Shown: positions 19,496 to 30,205, counted from the whole stretch's first letter. The stretch: DNA of 61,839 nt, filler included, from 5 parts of 5 records of this genome joined end to end with filler, not necessarily neighbours in it; one strand, 5' to 3'. Numbers and translations are program-made. The notes: generated from the sequence alone by a model not told the origin.

Positions 19496-19828
19496 ATGAA
19501 ACGGTCCCTCATTCTCGCGGCCGCCGTGCTCGCTCTCGGCGGACTTGGGGGCTTCAGCTTTACGACTGTCTCTTCCGCTTCAGCGCAGTCCGCGGCCGCC
19601 CAGGTGGCCACGGTTCAGTCGGCGACCTTCGCGGTCGAGAACATGACCTGTGCACTCTGCCCGGTCACGGTAAAAAAGGCGATGGAACAGGTCAGAGGCG
19701 TGCGATCGGTCAAGATTGACTACGCGGCGAAGACAGCAACGGTTGCATTCGATCCGTCGGTCACCACGATCGAAGCCATTGCCGCAGCTTCGGCCAATGC
19801 GGGCTACCCCGCCTCGGTTAAGGGTTAG
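19496..19828 (+). CDS. merP: Periplasmic mercury-binding protein MerP
   Basis: Signal peptide plus HMA domain MTCALCP...AGYP. Confidence 0.9.
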   Translation: MKRSLILAAAVLALGGLGGFSFTTVSSASAQSAAAQVATVQSATFAVENMTCALCPVTVKKAMEQVRGVRSVKIDYAAKTATVAFDPSVTTIEAIAAASANAGYPASVKG

Positions 19829-19838
19829 GCAGGGACCG

Positions 19839-20078
19839 ATGAAAGACGCAACCATACTGAAAACGGGCATCGCAGGCTCGGTAATCGCTGCCATTTGCTG
19901 CTTCACGCCGGTGCTCGTCATAGCACTCGGCGTCGTCGGTCTGTCGGCCTGGCTCGGCTGGATCGACTACGTGCTGTTTCCGACGCTCGCGGTCTTTCTG
20001 GCAATGATGGCCTACGGCCTCTGGCGGCGGCAGCGTGCGGCGGCCTGTTGCTCAAATCAAAGCAAAGCAAACCTCTAA
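19839..20078 (+). CDS. merF: Mercury transporter MerF
   Basis: MKDATILKTGIAGSVIAAICCFTP...DYVLFP with C-terminal CC. Confidence 0.9.
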   Translation: MKDATILKTGIAGSVIAAICCFTPVLVIALGVVGLSAWLGWIDYVLFPTLAVFLAMMAYGLWRRQRAAACCSNQSKANL

Positions 20079-20092
20079 GGAAAAAGCCTGAC

Positions 20093-21523
20093 ATGGCCGA
20101 CTGCAGCACAACCAACAGACAGAAGAACACATACGACCTTGCCGTGATCGGCGCTGGTTCCGCTGGCTTCTCGGCCGCAATCACCGCGGCCGAGGGCGGC
20201 AAGCGCGTCGCTCTGATTGGGCATGGCACCATCGGCGGCACCTGCGTGAACGTCGGCTGCGTGCCCTCGAAAACAATGATACGCGCTGCGGAAGCCCTGC
20301 ATGGTGCCCAGTCGGCGCATCGGTTCCCGGGCCTGCATGGCGAGGCGCATGTCGCCGACTGGGCAGCGCATGTCACCGCCAAGGACGATCTCGTTTCGAC
20401 ACTGCGCAAGAAAAAATATGCCGACCTGCTGCCGGCATACGAGGACGTGACTTACATTGACGAGGGTCACGCGCGGCTCGTCCCCGGCGGAGTCGAGGTC
20501 GCCGGTCGTAAGTTCACGGCACCCAGGGTAATTGTCGCCACCGGCGGGCGCCCGGCCGTGCCCGATATCCCCGGCATCCAAGACGCCCCCACGCTTGACA
20601 GCACATCGCTTCTGAAGTTGGAACAGTTGCCCGACAGCCTGATCTTCCTCGGCGGTGGCTATATCGGTGTCGAACTCGCACAGATGATGGCTCGGATGGG
20701 CGCCCGCGTCACCATCGTCTGCCGCTCGCGCCTCTTGCCGCGCACCGAGCCGGAAGTGTCAGAAGTGCTCACGGCGACTTTGCGCGCTGAGGGTGTCACG
20801 GTTCTTGACGGCGCGACCTACGATACCGCGCGACGCAACGGGGACCGTGCAGTCCTGACCGTGACGGTGGACGGGGCCGAGCTCGATCTGATGGCTGACC
20901 GTCTTGTTCTGACGACGGGACGTGTACCCAACACCGAGGAACTGGGCCTCGCGGAGATAGGCATCGAGACCGACGCACGCGGTGCAATCCGGGTTGGCGA
21001 CGACATGCAGACGACGCAGCCCGGGATCTTCGCTGCGGGTGACGTCACGGACCGCGACCAGTTCGTCTACATGGCCGCTTACGGCGCCAAGCTCGCGTCT
21101 CGCAACGCCGTGCTAGGCGGGGCGGAGCGCTACGACAACGCCGCGATGCCCTGGGTTGTGTTCACCGATCCGCAGGTCGCGGGAGTCGGGTTGACAGAGG
21201 AGCAGGCGCGTGCGGCAGGATATGACGTCATGACGAGCGAGCTGTCGCTCGACAACGTGCCCCGCGCGCTCGCCGCCCGCGACACGCGGGGCCTGATCAA
21301 GCTCGTTGCGGACCAGGCGACCAACCGCCTGCTGGGAGGTGTGATCATGGCGCCGGAGGGAGCGGACAGCATCCAGACGCTCGCGATGGCGCTGAAGGCG
21401 AGGATGACGACCAAGGCGCTTGGTGAGACGATCTTCCCCTATCTCACGACAGTAGAAGGCCTGAAACTCGCTGCGCAAACCTTCGACAAAGACGTAGCGA
21501 AGCTGTCGTGCTGCTCAGGGTGA
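20093..21523 (+). CDS. merA: Mercuric reductase (short form, no NmerA domain)
   Basis: GAGSAG, GGTCVNVGCVPSK, FPYLT and terminal KLSCCSG. Confidence 0.95.
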   Translation: MADCSTTNRQKNTYDLAVIGAGSAGFSAAITAAEGGKRVALIGHGTIGGTCVNVGCVPSKTMIRAAEALHGAQSAHRFPGLHGEAHVADWAAHVTAKDDLVSTLRKKKYADLLPAYEDVTYIDEGHARLVPGGVEVAGRKFTAPRVIVATGGRPAVPDIPGIQDAPTLDSTSLLKLEQLPDSLIFLGGGYIGVELAQMMARMGARVTIVCRSRLLPRTEPEVSEVLTATLRAEGVTVLDGATYDTARRNGDRAVLTVTVDGAELDLMADRLVLTTGRVPNTEELGLAEIGIETDARGAIRVGDDMQTTQPGIFAAGDVTDRDQFVYMAAYGAKLASRNAVLGGAERYDNAAMPWVVFTDPQVAGVGLTEEQARAAGYDVMTSELSLDNVPRALAARDTRGLIKLVADQATNRLLGGVIMAPEGADSIQTLAMALKARMTTKALGETIFPYLTTVEGLKLAAQTFDKDVAKLSCCSG

Positions 21524-21721
21524 GGCAGGGCGGCACGAGCGTTCACCAAGCCAAGCATAGTATAGGGCGTGTACTCATAAACGAGCGAGCGCAGATGACC
21601 GCTTTCGGCGGAACCTTCGAAGACGATCAATCAATCGCGTAGGTCAGCATTGCGGACTTTCCAGACATTGGCCGCATGTCCGCTTCTCATCCGGATAGCC
21701 GAGTAGACCCGTCTATCTCCT

Positions 21722-22960
21722 TCATTCTCTTACGTCGATGCGCACAAGAAACGTGGCTTGACCGATTGCAGCAGCTAGCGCAGTCGCGAATACGATCCAT
21801 GTTCCCAAGGAGGCGACGGCTAAACCTCCGACAAGCGGGAGAACGAAAGCGGGTGCCGTCAGCGCGTTGAAATACCCGCTATAGGCAGGGCGTCGGTCGT
21901 CCGGCGATATCTCCATCAGCAGTCCGATGACCGCAATCGTCAAGCCATTCGCCAATGCGCCGAGAACGAAGAATACGACGAGCAGAACCGGCATGGCTGC
22001 CTCCGGCGGCACGGGTATCAGCAGAAGAACCAGAAGTGCAATTTGCGGAGCCATGCGGGCAACTGCGATCCCGCGCATAAGGCTCAATTTGCCCCGGCTA
22101 TCGCCCCACCAGCCCCATAACGGATTTCCCGCAAGCGCTCCCACGGTCTGGGCACCGAGCAAAAGCGCCACGTTTTCCAAACCTACCCCAAGCCTGTTGG
22201 CCGCGACGATAAAAAATGGAGCGGCAATGAGAACCGCGCCGCCGCACCATTGTGCAAAAACGAAGCGGCGGAACACTGGATCGTCTCGAAACGTCACGGC
22301 CCCCTCTCGCAGATAGGCCGTGAAACTTGTGGCCGCTTTGGTAGGCATTGTCTGTTCGGGCTCTCCCATCGCAGTGAAAATGAAAGACGACACCAACATC
22401 AGGCTCGCCGCGATCCCCAGCACTGCGGAATAGGAGATCGGGAAGTCGAGCGTCCGGAACAGTTTGTCTGCCAACGCGGCGACAAGAAGTGCAACAATCC
22501 CTCCACCGAAGAAGCGGATTGAAAGCATCCGGCTCCGGCGTTCCGACGGAACGGACGGGGCAACAATATCGTTGTAGGGAACGCCGACAATACCACTGAG
22601 GAAGGCATACAGTACCCACAGCACAAGTGTCACTGTACCGAGCGCTGCGTAGGTCCCGCCGAATTTCGCGCCGAGCCAGAGTGCGATTGCGAGCATGGCA
22701 ATGGCCGCCGTTCGTCCAAACGCGCCCACGACATAGAACGGCATGGAGGAAGCACCACGACCGGCGAAATAGCCAACGAAGAGTTGAGGGAGAAGCCAGC
22801 CGAGTCGCAGGATCGTCGAAACCGCTCCGACGGCGACAGCGCTGCCCGTCAGTTGGTAGACCAGCGCCGACATCACTGTTGCGCTGTCCACCGCTGCCGA
22901 ACCAGCCTGGAATGCAGTGCCTGCGCCCGCCACATGCCAAAAGCGGCGGCGGGGGGTCAC
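21722..22960 (-). CDS. MFS transporter
   Basis: About 12 hydrophobic segments; WGWWGDSRG loop; GTG start overlapping the upstream TGA (22957-22960). Confidence 0.8.
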   Translation of the reverse strand: MTPRRRFWHVAGAGTAFQAGSAAVDSATVMSALVYQLTGSAVAVGAVSTILRLGWLLPQLFVGYFAGRGASSMPFYVVGAFGRTAAIAMLAIALWLGAKFGGTYAALGTVTLVLWVLYAFLSGIVGVPYNDIVAPSVPSERRSRMLSIRFFGGGIVALLVAALADKLFRTLDFPISYSAVLGIAASLMLVSSFIFTAMGEPEQTMPTKAATSFTAYLREGAVTFRDDPVFRRFVFAQWCGGAVLIAAPFFIVAANRLGVGLENVALLLGAQTVGALAGNPLWGWWGDSRGKLSLMRGIAVARMAPQIALLVLLLIPVPPEAAMPVLLVVFFVLGALANGLTIAVIGLLMEISPDDRRPAYSGYFNALTAPAFVLPLVGGLAVASLGTWIVFATALAAAIGQATFLVRIDVRE

Positions 22961-23625
22961 GTCCCACTCCAATCCACAGGTTCTACGAACAGGCCAAACC
23001 AAATTGACCAGATACCTAGCCCTATGAAGATCATGCCCAGTAGCCAGCGACGCGGTCGCAACCAGTCCGAAAGCCGATCAAGGGGCCGGGCAAGACCGGG
23101 AACTACGGAGAGCGGTAGGAGTGGGAGCGACAGCGCTAGCGCAAAGACCCCCATCATAAGAAAACCAGTCGTGGCCGACCCGCTGACGGTCGCTGTGCCG
23201 ATAAGCCCAAAAAGGATTGGTGCTGCGCAGGCGGGAATGTTCAGGCCGAACGCCAGTCCCTGAAGCAGCGGGTTGGAGGCAATCTTCCATCGTTCAGGCG
23301 CTAACCCGATGCGGTGGCGCATTATTTTGTCCCATCCCGCGAGTATCGCAAACCCAAAGCCAAGATAAATTGCGCCGAAAGCTAGCCACGCACCGGTCTG
23401 CACCTCGATAAGGCGCTGGCCCAGCACGACGATCAAGCCACCGAATCCGCCCATCACGACGAGCCGTGCCAGAAGAAAGATGAAAGCTGCGCTGATCCGC
23501 TGACCCATCGGGCGGATTCTCTGGCCTCCCAGAAAAAGCATATGTGCGCCGATAGTGCAGGGTTCGATAAAGCCAAGTAACCCAAGGCCGAATGCAAGCA
23601 GCAGCGTTTGATCAGTGATCTCCAT
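22957..23625 (-). CDS. CcdA/DsbD-beta-like membrane redox protein
   Basis: About 6 TM segments with the Cys pair FIEPCTIG and IPACAAPIL. Confidence 0.75.
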   Translation of the reverse strand: MEITDQTLLLAFGLGLLGFIEPCTIGAHMLFLGGQRIRPMGQRISAAFIFLLARLVVMGGFGGLIVVLGQRLIEVQTGAWLAFGAIYLGFGFAILAGWDKIMRHRIGLAPERWKIASNPLLQGLAFGLNIPACAAPILFGLIGTATVSGSATTGFLMMGVFALALSLPLLPLSVVPGLARPLDRLSDWLRPRRWLLGMIFIGLGIWSIWFGLFVEPVDWSGT

Positions 23626-23658
23626 AGGTGCCCTTAAAATCATTAATCTTGGAGCTTG

Positions 23659-23689
23659 ATGCTAGACCTTCCACCAGCAGGAGGCTCAA
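23659..23689 (-). promoter_or_regulatory. CueR-type promoter upstream of ccdA-like and MFS genes
   Basis: Minus strand TTGAGC-19 bp-TAGCAT containing AGCCTCC-N7-GGAAGGT. Confidence 0.75.
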
Positions 23690-23789
23690 GCAACCTTTCC
23701 ATGAGCTGACCGTGGCTGCATTGCAGAAATCATGCATTTCGGGCGCGAAGCGACCGGTCGATCTAACGGACCAAGCCGCAGTGCCTGGG

Positions 23790-24611
23790 GGCAAAGCAGA
23801 CATTGAAGTTTGGCATGCCGGCGTGATTCAAGCTCCGAAGGGGAGTCTTGAACAAGGGACATGCCCTCTCCGACGCCGAATAGCGGTTGATAGCGCCAAT
23901 CCTTCCTTGCATGCCGCGAAGCGTCCCGCGTGTGGATGACAGGCGTGTCCTGAACGGCATTTTCTGGATCTTGAGGTCGGGAGCGCCATGGCGTATCTAC
24001 CCGAGAGCTGGCTCCTACACCACCTGCTACAATCGCTTCGTGCTTTGGCGTTACGCAGGCGTTTGGGACCGTATCCTGACTGCCATATCGCATCGGGACG
24101 ATGCCGAGGTGCAGATGATTGAAGCACGATAGGCCGCGCTCATCAGCACGCAAGTTGCATCCCGAATAGTGCCAGCGAAGGCTTTGGACGTTCGCGTGGA
24201 GGGCTGACGACCAAAATCCACGCCGTTGTCGATGCGAACGGACTGCCGCTCCAAGTTATGATTACTGGCGGTCAGCAGCATCACAGTCTGATGGCATGTG
24301 CTCTACTTGAAGGCCTACCGAGCGGCGGAATGGTTCTCGCCGACGAGGCTTAGGACGCGACCGAGATAAGAACGTTCGTGAGTTCACGTGGATGCTGGGC
24401 GAACATCCCGCCCCGTCGGAACCGGCGCGATCCGATCTGCTTCAGTCCGTATCTCTTGCGTCATCGAAATCACGTTGAGCGGTTCTTCAACAGGATGAAG
24501 CACTGTCGGCGCATCGCTACGCGATATGAGAAACACGCAGCCAACTTCCTTGCCTTCGTCAAGCTCGCTGCCATCCGGGATTGGCTACGCGTTAATGAGT
24601 CCACGGCCTAG
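23790..24611 (+). mobile_element. Degenerate IS5-family (IS427-like) element; transposase pseudogene
   Basis: LSDAE*RLIAPILP...RVDDRRVLNGIFW, GRSRGGLTTKIH, LADEA* and RNHVERFFNRMKHCRRIATRYEK with in-frame stops. Right end GAGTCCACGGCCTAG; left end approximate. Confidence 0.85.
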
Positions 24612-24655
24612 TCATAAGAGAATTGGGCAACAGAAGCCTCCCGGGCTTTGCTACC

Positions 24656-24686
24656 TTGACCTTCCCCCTACAGGAACCCCTATGTG
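24656..24686 (+). promoter_or_regulatory. CueR-type promoter of copA
   Basis: TTGACC-19 bp-TATGTG containing ACCTTCC-N7-GGAACCC. Confidence 0.75.
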
Positions 24687-24719
24687 TGAAAAACAACACG
24701 AGATGGAAGGCCGGTATCA

Positions 24720-27233
24720 ATGGATGCGCAGCATATCAAGATTGCTATTGAGGGCATGACATGCGCGTCTTGCGTGGGGCGGGTCGAAAGAACTTTGGCG
24801 GATGTGAATGGGGTGACGAATGCCTCGGTCAACCTAGCCAATGGGGCCGCGCAATTGGATATCACGGAGGGTGTCGATTTAAATCAGGTCGCTACAGCAC
24901 TTGGAGGCATTGGCTATCCGCTGCGGACCCGGACCGTGAAACTGACCCTTACATCGATGTCCTGTGCCTCTTGCGTTGGCCGGGTGGATCGCGCTCTCGG
25001 CGCATTGTCCGGCGTTCTGGACGTCAACGTAAACCTCGCCGCAGAGAGCGCAGTGGTGACGGTTGCCGAGGGAGTCGTGAACCCACAAGATCTTTTGACC
25101 GCGACGCGCGCGGCTGGTTTTCCGGCGGAGCTGGCAAAGACGAGCGAGGGCATCTCGGCAGCGGCACGCAAGGAGGAAGATGCTCGGCTGATCTCCCGCA
25201 AGACCATGATCGCCGCCCTGCTGGCGCTGCCGGTCTTCGTGATCGAAATGGGCAGTCATTTGATTCCTGGGGTGCATGAGCTGATAACTGGCGCGATCGG
25301 GCAGCAGGTAAGCTGGTATTTCCAGTTCGCGCTGACAACGATCATCCTCGGGGGACCGGGGTGGGTTTTCTTTGCCAAGGGCATTCCCGCGCTGCTGCGA
25401 GGGGCGCCGGATATGAACAGCCTTGTCGCGGTCGGCACTGGTGCTGCTTGGGCTTATTCGGTGGTCGCTACATTCCTGCCTGGCCTTCTGCCCGAGGCTG
25501 TGCGCGCGGTTTATTTCGAAGCGGCGGCGGTGATCGTCGTGCTGATCCTTCTAGGCAGGTGGCTTGAGGCGCGCGCCAAGGGTCGGACCGGGGCAGCTAT
25601 CGAGCGGCTGTTGGGGCTTCAGGTCCGCACGGCCCGCGTGATCCGCGATGGAGAGGCGGAGGAGGTCGAGATTGACGGTATTAGCGTTGGCGACATCCTG
25701 CTAGTGCGCCCAGGCGAGCGCATCGCGCTGGACGGTGAGGTTTTGAGCGGCGAGGCATATGTCGATGAGAGCATGATCACCGGTGAACCCGTACCGGTGG
25801 CCAAGGCCGAGGGCGACGCGGTAACGGGCGGCACGGTCAATGGATCGGGTAGCCTGCACATTCGCACGATGAGGGTGGGCACGGATACGACCCTAGCGCA
25901 GATCATCCGAATGGTCGAAGAGGCGCAGGGCGGCAAGTTGCCGATTCAGGGGTTGGTCGACCGGATCACGTCGTGGTTCGTGCCGGCCGTCATGGCCGTG
26001 GCCGCGATCACCGTAGCGATATGGCTGACGGTCGGGCCGGACCACGACGTGACGCTGGCGCTGGTGGCCGGGGTATCGGTGCTGATCATTGCCTGCCCCT
26101 GCGCTATGGGACTAGCCACGCCAACCTCGATCATGGTGGGTACCGGGCGCGCGGCGGAAATGGGAGTGCTGTTTCGCAAGGGCGACGCGCTGCAGGCGCT
26201 GGCGTCCGTCGATGTGGTGGCGCTAGACAAGACAGGCACAGTGACCGAAGGGCGTCCTGAAATGACCGATTTGGTGCTGGCAGACGGGTTTGAGCACGAT
26301 GAAGTCTTGTCGTTGATCGCTGCGGTTGAGAGCCAGTCCGAACATCCCGTTGCCAAGGCAATCACCCGCGCAGCGCAGGTTGAGGGGGCCGCGCGCGCCA
26401 AGGTGGAGGAGTTCGAATCGATCACCGGCTATGGTGTGCGTGCCCGCGTATCGGGACGTGACGTGCTGGTTGGGGCGGACCGCTTGATGGCGCGCGAGGA
26501 GCTGGATCCCGGTAACCTTGCTAGGGCAGAGGCCGATCTCGCTGCAAAGGGCCGCACCTCGCTTTACGCTGCAATCGACGGGCGAGTAGCAGCGGTGATC
26601 GCCGTGGCGGACCCGGTCAAACCGTCGAGTGCCAGGGCGATCCGCGCACTGCATGCGGCGGGATTGCGCGTGACGATGGTCACCGGCGACAAGCGCGAAA
26701 CGGCGGAGGCCATCGCTCGGGAGGTCGGGATAGACACGGTAATCGCGGGCGTGCTGCCGGATGGCAAGATTGCGGCGCTCGACAGTCTACGCGAGGGCGG
26801 CGCGCGCGTGACCTTCGTTGGCGACGGGATCAACGATGCGCCCGCGCTGGCCCATGCGGATGTCGGTATCGCGATCGGGACCGGGACCGACATCGCCATC
26901 GAATCCGCCGATGTCGTGCTGATGTCGGGTGATCTGCGAGGCATCGTGAACGCATTTCAGGTCTCCCGCCATACGATGCGCAACATCCGGCAGAACCTTT
27001 TCTGGGCCTTCGGCTACAACACAGCGTTGATCCCAGTGGCGGCGGGCGTGCTTTACCCGGCTTTCGGGCAGCTATTGTCGCCGGTTCTGGCGGCCGGGGC
27101 GATGGCCCTAAGCTCGGTCTTCGTTCTGTCGAACGCGCTGCGCCTGCGCCGCTTGCGCCCTGTCATGGACGAGCGGGCGGCCTCGACTGGACCGCGCGAG
27201 ATGGCGGTCCCACAAGAGACCGCGTCATGCTGA
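24720..27233 (+). CDS. copA: Cu(I)-exporting P1B-1 ATPase
   Basis: Two HMA domains (M(T/S)CASC), TGE, CPC, DKTGT, HP, GDGIND, YN and MALSS motifs. Confidence 0.95.
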   Translation: MDAQHIKIAIEGMTCASCVGRVERTLADVNGVTNASVNLANGAAQLDITEGVDLNQVATALGGIGYPLRTRTVKLTLTSMSCASCVGRVDRALGALSGVLDVNVNLAAESAVVTVAEGVVNPQDLLTATRAAGFPAELAKTSEGISAAARKEEDARLISRKTMIAALLALPVFVIEMGSHLIPGVHELITGAIGQQVSWYFQFALTTIILGGPGWVFFAKGIPALLRGAPDMNSLVAVGTGAAWAYSVVATFLPGLLPEAVRAVYFEAAAVIVVLILLGRWLEARAKGRTGAAIERLLGLQVRTARVIRDGEAEEVEIDGISVGDILLVRPGERIALDGEVLSGEAYVDESMITGEPVPVAKAEGDAVTGGTVNGSGSLHIRTMRVGTDTTLAQIIRMVEEAQGGKLPIQGLVDRITSWFVPAVMAVAAITVAIWLTVGPDHDVTLALVAGVSVLIIACPCAMGLATPTSIMVGTGRAAEMGVLFRKGDALQALASVDVVALDKTGTVTEGRPEMTDLVLADGFEHDEVLSLIAAVESQSEHPVAKAITRAAQVEGAARAKVEEFESITGYGVRARVSGRDVLVGADRLMAREELDPGNLARAEADLAAKGRTSLYAAIDGRVAAVIAVADPVKPSSARAIRALHAAGLRVTMVTGDKRETAEAIAREVGIDTVIAGVLPDGKIAALDSLREGGARVTFVGDGINDAPALAHADVGIAIGTGTDIAIESADVVLMSGDLRGIVNAFQVSRHTMRNIRQNLFWAFGYNTALIPVAAGVLYPAFGQLLSPVLAAGAMALSSVFVLSNALRLRRLRPVMDERAASTGPREMAVPQETASC

Positions 27234-27328
27234 TCCGGGCGCGCGTTTGCCGCCGGCCGAGGATGACACGGGGGCCCATCACAAAAAAGTGGCTGGATAA
27301 ATGCCTTCTGCGAAGCCATCTTCTAAAC

Positions 27329-27673
27329 ATGTCGCAGGTCCGAGCCATCTTTCTTTCAGCCTTAGTGGCGCTTCTTGCCCTAGGCACGGTCACGCACGCG
27401 GTGAGTGCGAACGCGATGGCGTTGGACATCGCGATGTCTGAGGGCGGCGAGATGTCGATGCCCGACTGTCAGGGTTGCCCCGAGGACGGCGACAGCGATG
27501 CGAACACGCTATGCGACCTTGTTTGTACGGCGCCTGTCACGGCCGTCTTGAAAGGCGTGGACATCGCGCAGCCCGCAGCACCATTGCTGCGTCAGGACCG
27601 CCTTCTCGGCATGACGACTCCTCGCGGGCTGCGCGCGCCGCCGGACCCATTTCCTCCTCGACCCTTCATCTGA
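27329..27673 (+). CDS. CutF/CopL/CruR-like Cys- and Pro-rich upstream protein (114 aa)
   Basis: Signal peptide, CQGC, CDLVC and C-terminal LRAPPDPFPPRPFI; directly upstream of a multicopper oxidase. Confidence 0.75.
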   Translation: MSQVRAIFLSALVALLALGTVTHAVSANAMALDIAMSEGGEMSMPDCQGCPEDGDSDANTLCDLVCTAPVTAVLKGVDIAQPAAPLLRQDRLLGMTTPRGLRAPPDPFPPRPFI

Positions 27674-27808
27674 TCCGACGACACACCTCCCGCGAGGGCG
27701 GGTGTGCGACCGTCGCGTCTTCTCTGAGTCCCTGACGGACGCCAGGAGACGCGCAGCCCTTGCGCCATGTGCGCGAGACCAACGGCATGCATCAGATGAG
27801 AGAGATAC

Positions 27809-29245
27809 ATGAGATCTGCATTATCACCGACGCTATCGCGCCGCGGCTTTCTGGCTGGCAGCGCCGCGTCCGGCACAGCATTTGCTCTGCGCCCCGCATG
27901 GGCTGACACGCCCGGTATCTTCACCCTGCGCGCGGCACCGGGTCGGGCGCGTTTGGCGCCCTACCCCTGGGGCGAGAGCGACATCTGGTGCTATGGCGGC
28001 ACCGTGCCCGGCCCCGAGATCCGGGTGCGCCAAGGCGCGCGGCTCCGCATCGTGGTCGACAACGCACTTGCCGAAGACACGACGGTTCACTGGCACGGAC
28101 TGCGGGTGCCGAACGCCATGGACGGCGTGCCGCACCTGACGCAACCCCCGATCGTGCCGGGCGAGAGCTTCGTCTACGAGTTCGACGCGGTCGATGCCGG
28201 CACGTTCTGGTATCACCCGCACCAGCGAAGCTTCGAGCAGGTCGGTCGAGGCCTCTACGGCCCGCTGATTGTCGAGGAAGCGACCCCGCCGCGCGTGGAC
28301 CGTGAACTGGTCTGGGTGCTCGATGACTGGCGCCTGACGCAGGATGCATCAATCGCTGCGGATTTCGGCGACTTCCACGATATGAGCCACGGCGGACGGC
28401 TAGGCAATACGGTGACGATCAACGGTCGGGTCCCCGACGCGGTGGCAGTACGAGCGGGGGAACGGATCCGGCTCCGCCTGATCAATTCTGCCAATGCTCG
28501 CATTTTCGCGCTCGATTTTGGTAATCTTGCGCCGCAAGTGATCGCGCTCGACGGCCAACCGGTCGCGCCGCACTCGGTGCCCGGCGGGCGGCTGGTCCTC
28601 GGTCCGGCCATGCGCGCAGACCTGATGATCGACGTAACCACCGAGCCGGGTGCGACGGTCTCCGTCATCGACCGGTTCTTCGCAAAGGACGCCTATGCCC
28701 TCGTCGATCTGACGGTAGCGGAGACGCCGCTCCGCGACGCGCAGCCCGACTGGTCCATGGATTTGGCCCCGAACCACCTCCCCGAACCAAACATCGGGCG
28801 CGCCCATCGTCATGAGGTGACCTTCACTGGAGGCATGATGGGCGGGATGGTCGAGCGCAAGATGGGCCTTTCTAACGGACGCGGCATGAGGGGTATGATG
28901 AACCGAATGCACGATAGCGGCATCTGGTTTGTCAACGGCGTGGCGGCCGAAGGCCATATCCTCGACCCGATGCTGACGCTGGAGCGCGATGCCTCCCACG
29001 TTATCGCCATGACCAACGCCACGGCGTTCCACCACCCGATCCACCTGCACGGCCATTCCTTCCGAGTGCTCAGCCGCGACGGCACGCCCACCGCACATCG
29101 CGAATGGCAGGACACCGTGCTGATGGCCCCGCGCGAACGGGTCGAGATCGCGTTCGTCGCCGACAATCCTGGCGACTGGATGTTTCACTGCCACATCCTC
29201 GAGCATCAGGCGGGCGGGATGATGGGGGTGATCCGTGTGGCCTGA
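27809..29245 (+). CDS. Tat-exported multicopper oxidase (CutO/CueO-like)
   Basis: SRRGFL Tat motif; HWHG, WYHPH, HPIHLHGH and HCHILEH...M copper ligands; Met-rich loop. Confidence 0.95.
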   Translation: MRSALSPTLSRRGFLAGSAASGTAFALRPAWADTPGIFTLRAAPGRARLAPYPWGESDIWCYGGTVPGPEIRVRQGARLRIVVDNALAEDTTVHWHGLRVPNAMDGVPHLTQPPIVPGESFVYEFDAVDAGTFWYHPHQRSFEQVGRGLYGPLIVEEATPPRVDRELVWVLDDWRLTQDASIAADFGDFHDMSHGGRLGNTVTINGRVPDAVAVRAGERIRLRLINSANARIFALDFGNLAPQVIALDGQPVAPHSVPGGRLVLGPAMRADLMIDVTTEPGATVSVIDRFFAKDAYALVDLTVAETPLRDAQPDWSMDLAPNHLPEPNIGRAHRHEVTFTGGMMGGMVERKMGLSNGRGMRGMMNRMHDSGIWFVNGVAAEGHILDPMLTLERDASHVIAMTNATAFHHPIHLHGHSFRVLSRDGTPTAHREWQDTVLMAPRERVEIAFVADNPGDWMFHCHILEHQAGGMMGVIRVA

Positions 29246-29255
29246 GGGGAGAGCG

Positions 29256-30194
29256 ATGATGAACGAGCACTCAAGGACCGGATCTCCGCTCGGGCGACGC
29301 CAAGCATTGGCCATGCTGGGCGGTGTGGTCCTCTCTGGGCTGTCTCCGGCGCGGTGGGCGCATGCCGGGGGCGCCGTGGCCTCCGCACTGGCTTTTGACG
29401 GCGGTGCGCTTGTCGTCGCGGGCGCGCAGGTGTGGCGGCATGACTTGTCAGGTGGCGCTTCGGCAACATTTCCCACGCCACGCGCCCATATCCGGGCGCT
29501 TGCTTGTCACCCCGCGCGGACCGGGCGGCTCTTCGCGGCGCTGGAGGGCGGCGGTCTCGATCGGTCAGACGATGGCGGCCGGACATGGCACCCGGCATCG
29601 GGAGGCCTGCCGATGCCGCAGGTGACGGCGGTTGCCACCGCGGCGGGCGCTCCGGACACGGTCTATGCCGCCGTCGCGGGCGACGGGCTATGGCGCAGCG
29701 AAGACGCGGGGGAAAACTGGTCCTTCGTGATGGACCGTCCCTGGATCGCCGATGCTGAGCGCGAGGTGCTGACGATCGCCTCTGTCAATCTCGCCTCAGG
29801 CATGGGCGGCATCTGGATCTACGCCGGCACCGAGCGCGGCTTGACCCGCGTTCCCGACTGCTTCTGCCGTTGGCAGGACGTGGTGGCGGGGAACGCGATG
29901 GACGCGCTGGTCGCGGGAACGCCGCCCGCGCCAGAGACTCCGCTGCCCGAGGGCGAGCCCGTATTGGCTCTGACCTCGGCAATGGCTGCCCCAGAACGGC
30001 TCGCTGCGGCGCTGCCCTCGGGACTTTGGGCGTCCTCCGATGGCGGGGTGAACTGGGCGCATAGATCGGGCCACGTCGCGCCCGCGCTCGCCGCTCACCC
30101 GACCGAGCCATCCCGGATCGCCGCCATCACCGCAGACGAGGTGATCCTCAGTCATGACAGCGGGGCCTCATGGGCTGCGCTCCCGACCACGTGA
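29256..30194 (+). CDS. Tat-exported BNR/Asp-box beta-propeller protein
   Basis: GRRQAL Tat-like signal; four S.D.G..W Asp boxes; internal PDCFCRW. Confidence 0.75.
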   Translation: MMNEHSRTGSPLGRRQALAMLGGVVLSGLSPARWAHAGGAVASALAFDGGALVVAGAQVWRHDLSGGASATFPTPRAHIRALACHPARTGRLFAALEGGGLDRSDDGGRTWHPASGGLPMPQVTAVATAAGAPDTVYAAVAGDGLWRSEDAGENWSFVMDRPWIADAEREVLTIASVNLASGMGGIWIYAGTERGLTRVPDCFCRWQDVVAGNAMDALVAGTPPAPETPLPEGEPVLALTSAMAAPERLAAALPSGLWASSDGGVNWAHRSGHVAPALAAHPTEPSRIAAITADEVILSHDSGASWAALPTT

Positions 30195-30205
30195 AAGGAC
30201 ATCAC

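Noticed and set aside
20093-21523. MerA without the NmerA domain as a novelty
   Set aside because: Short MerA forms are already known.
21722-22960. MFS as a CcoA/CalT copper importer
   Set aside because: The MxxxM and HxxxM transmembrane motifs of CcoA were not found by eye.
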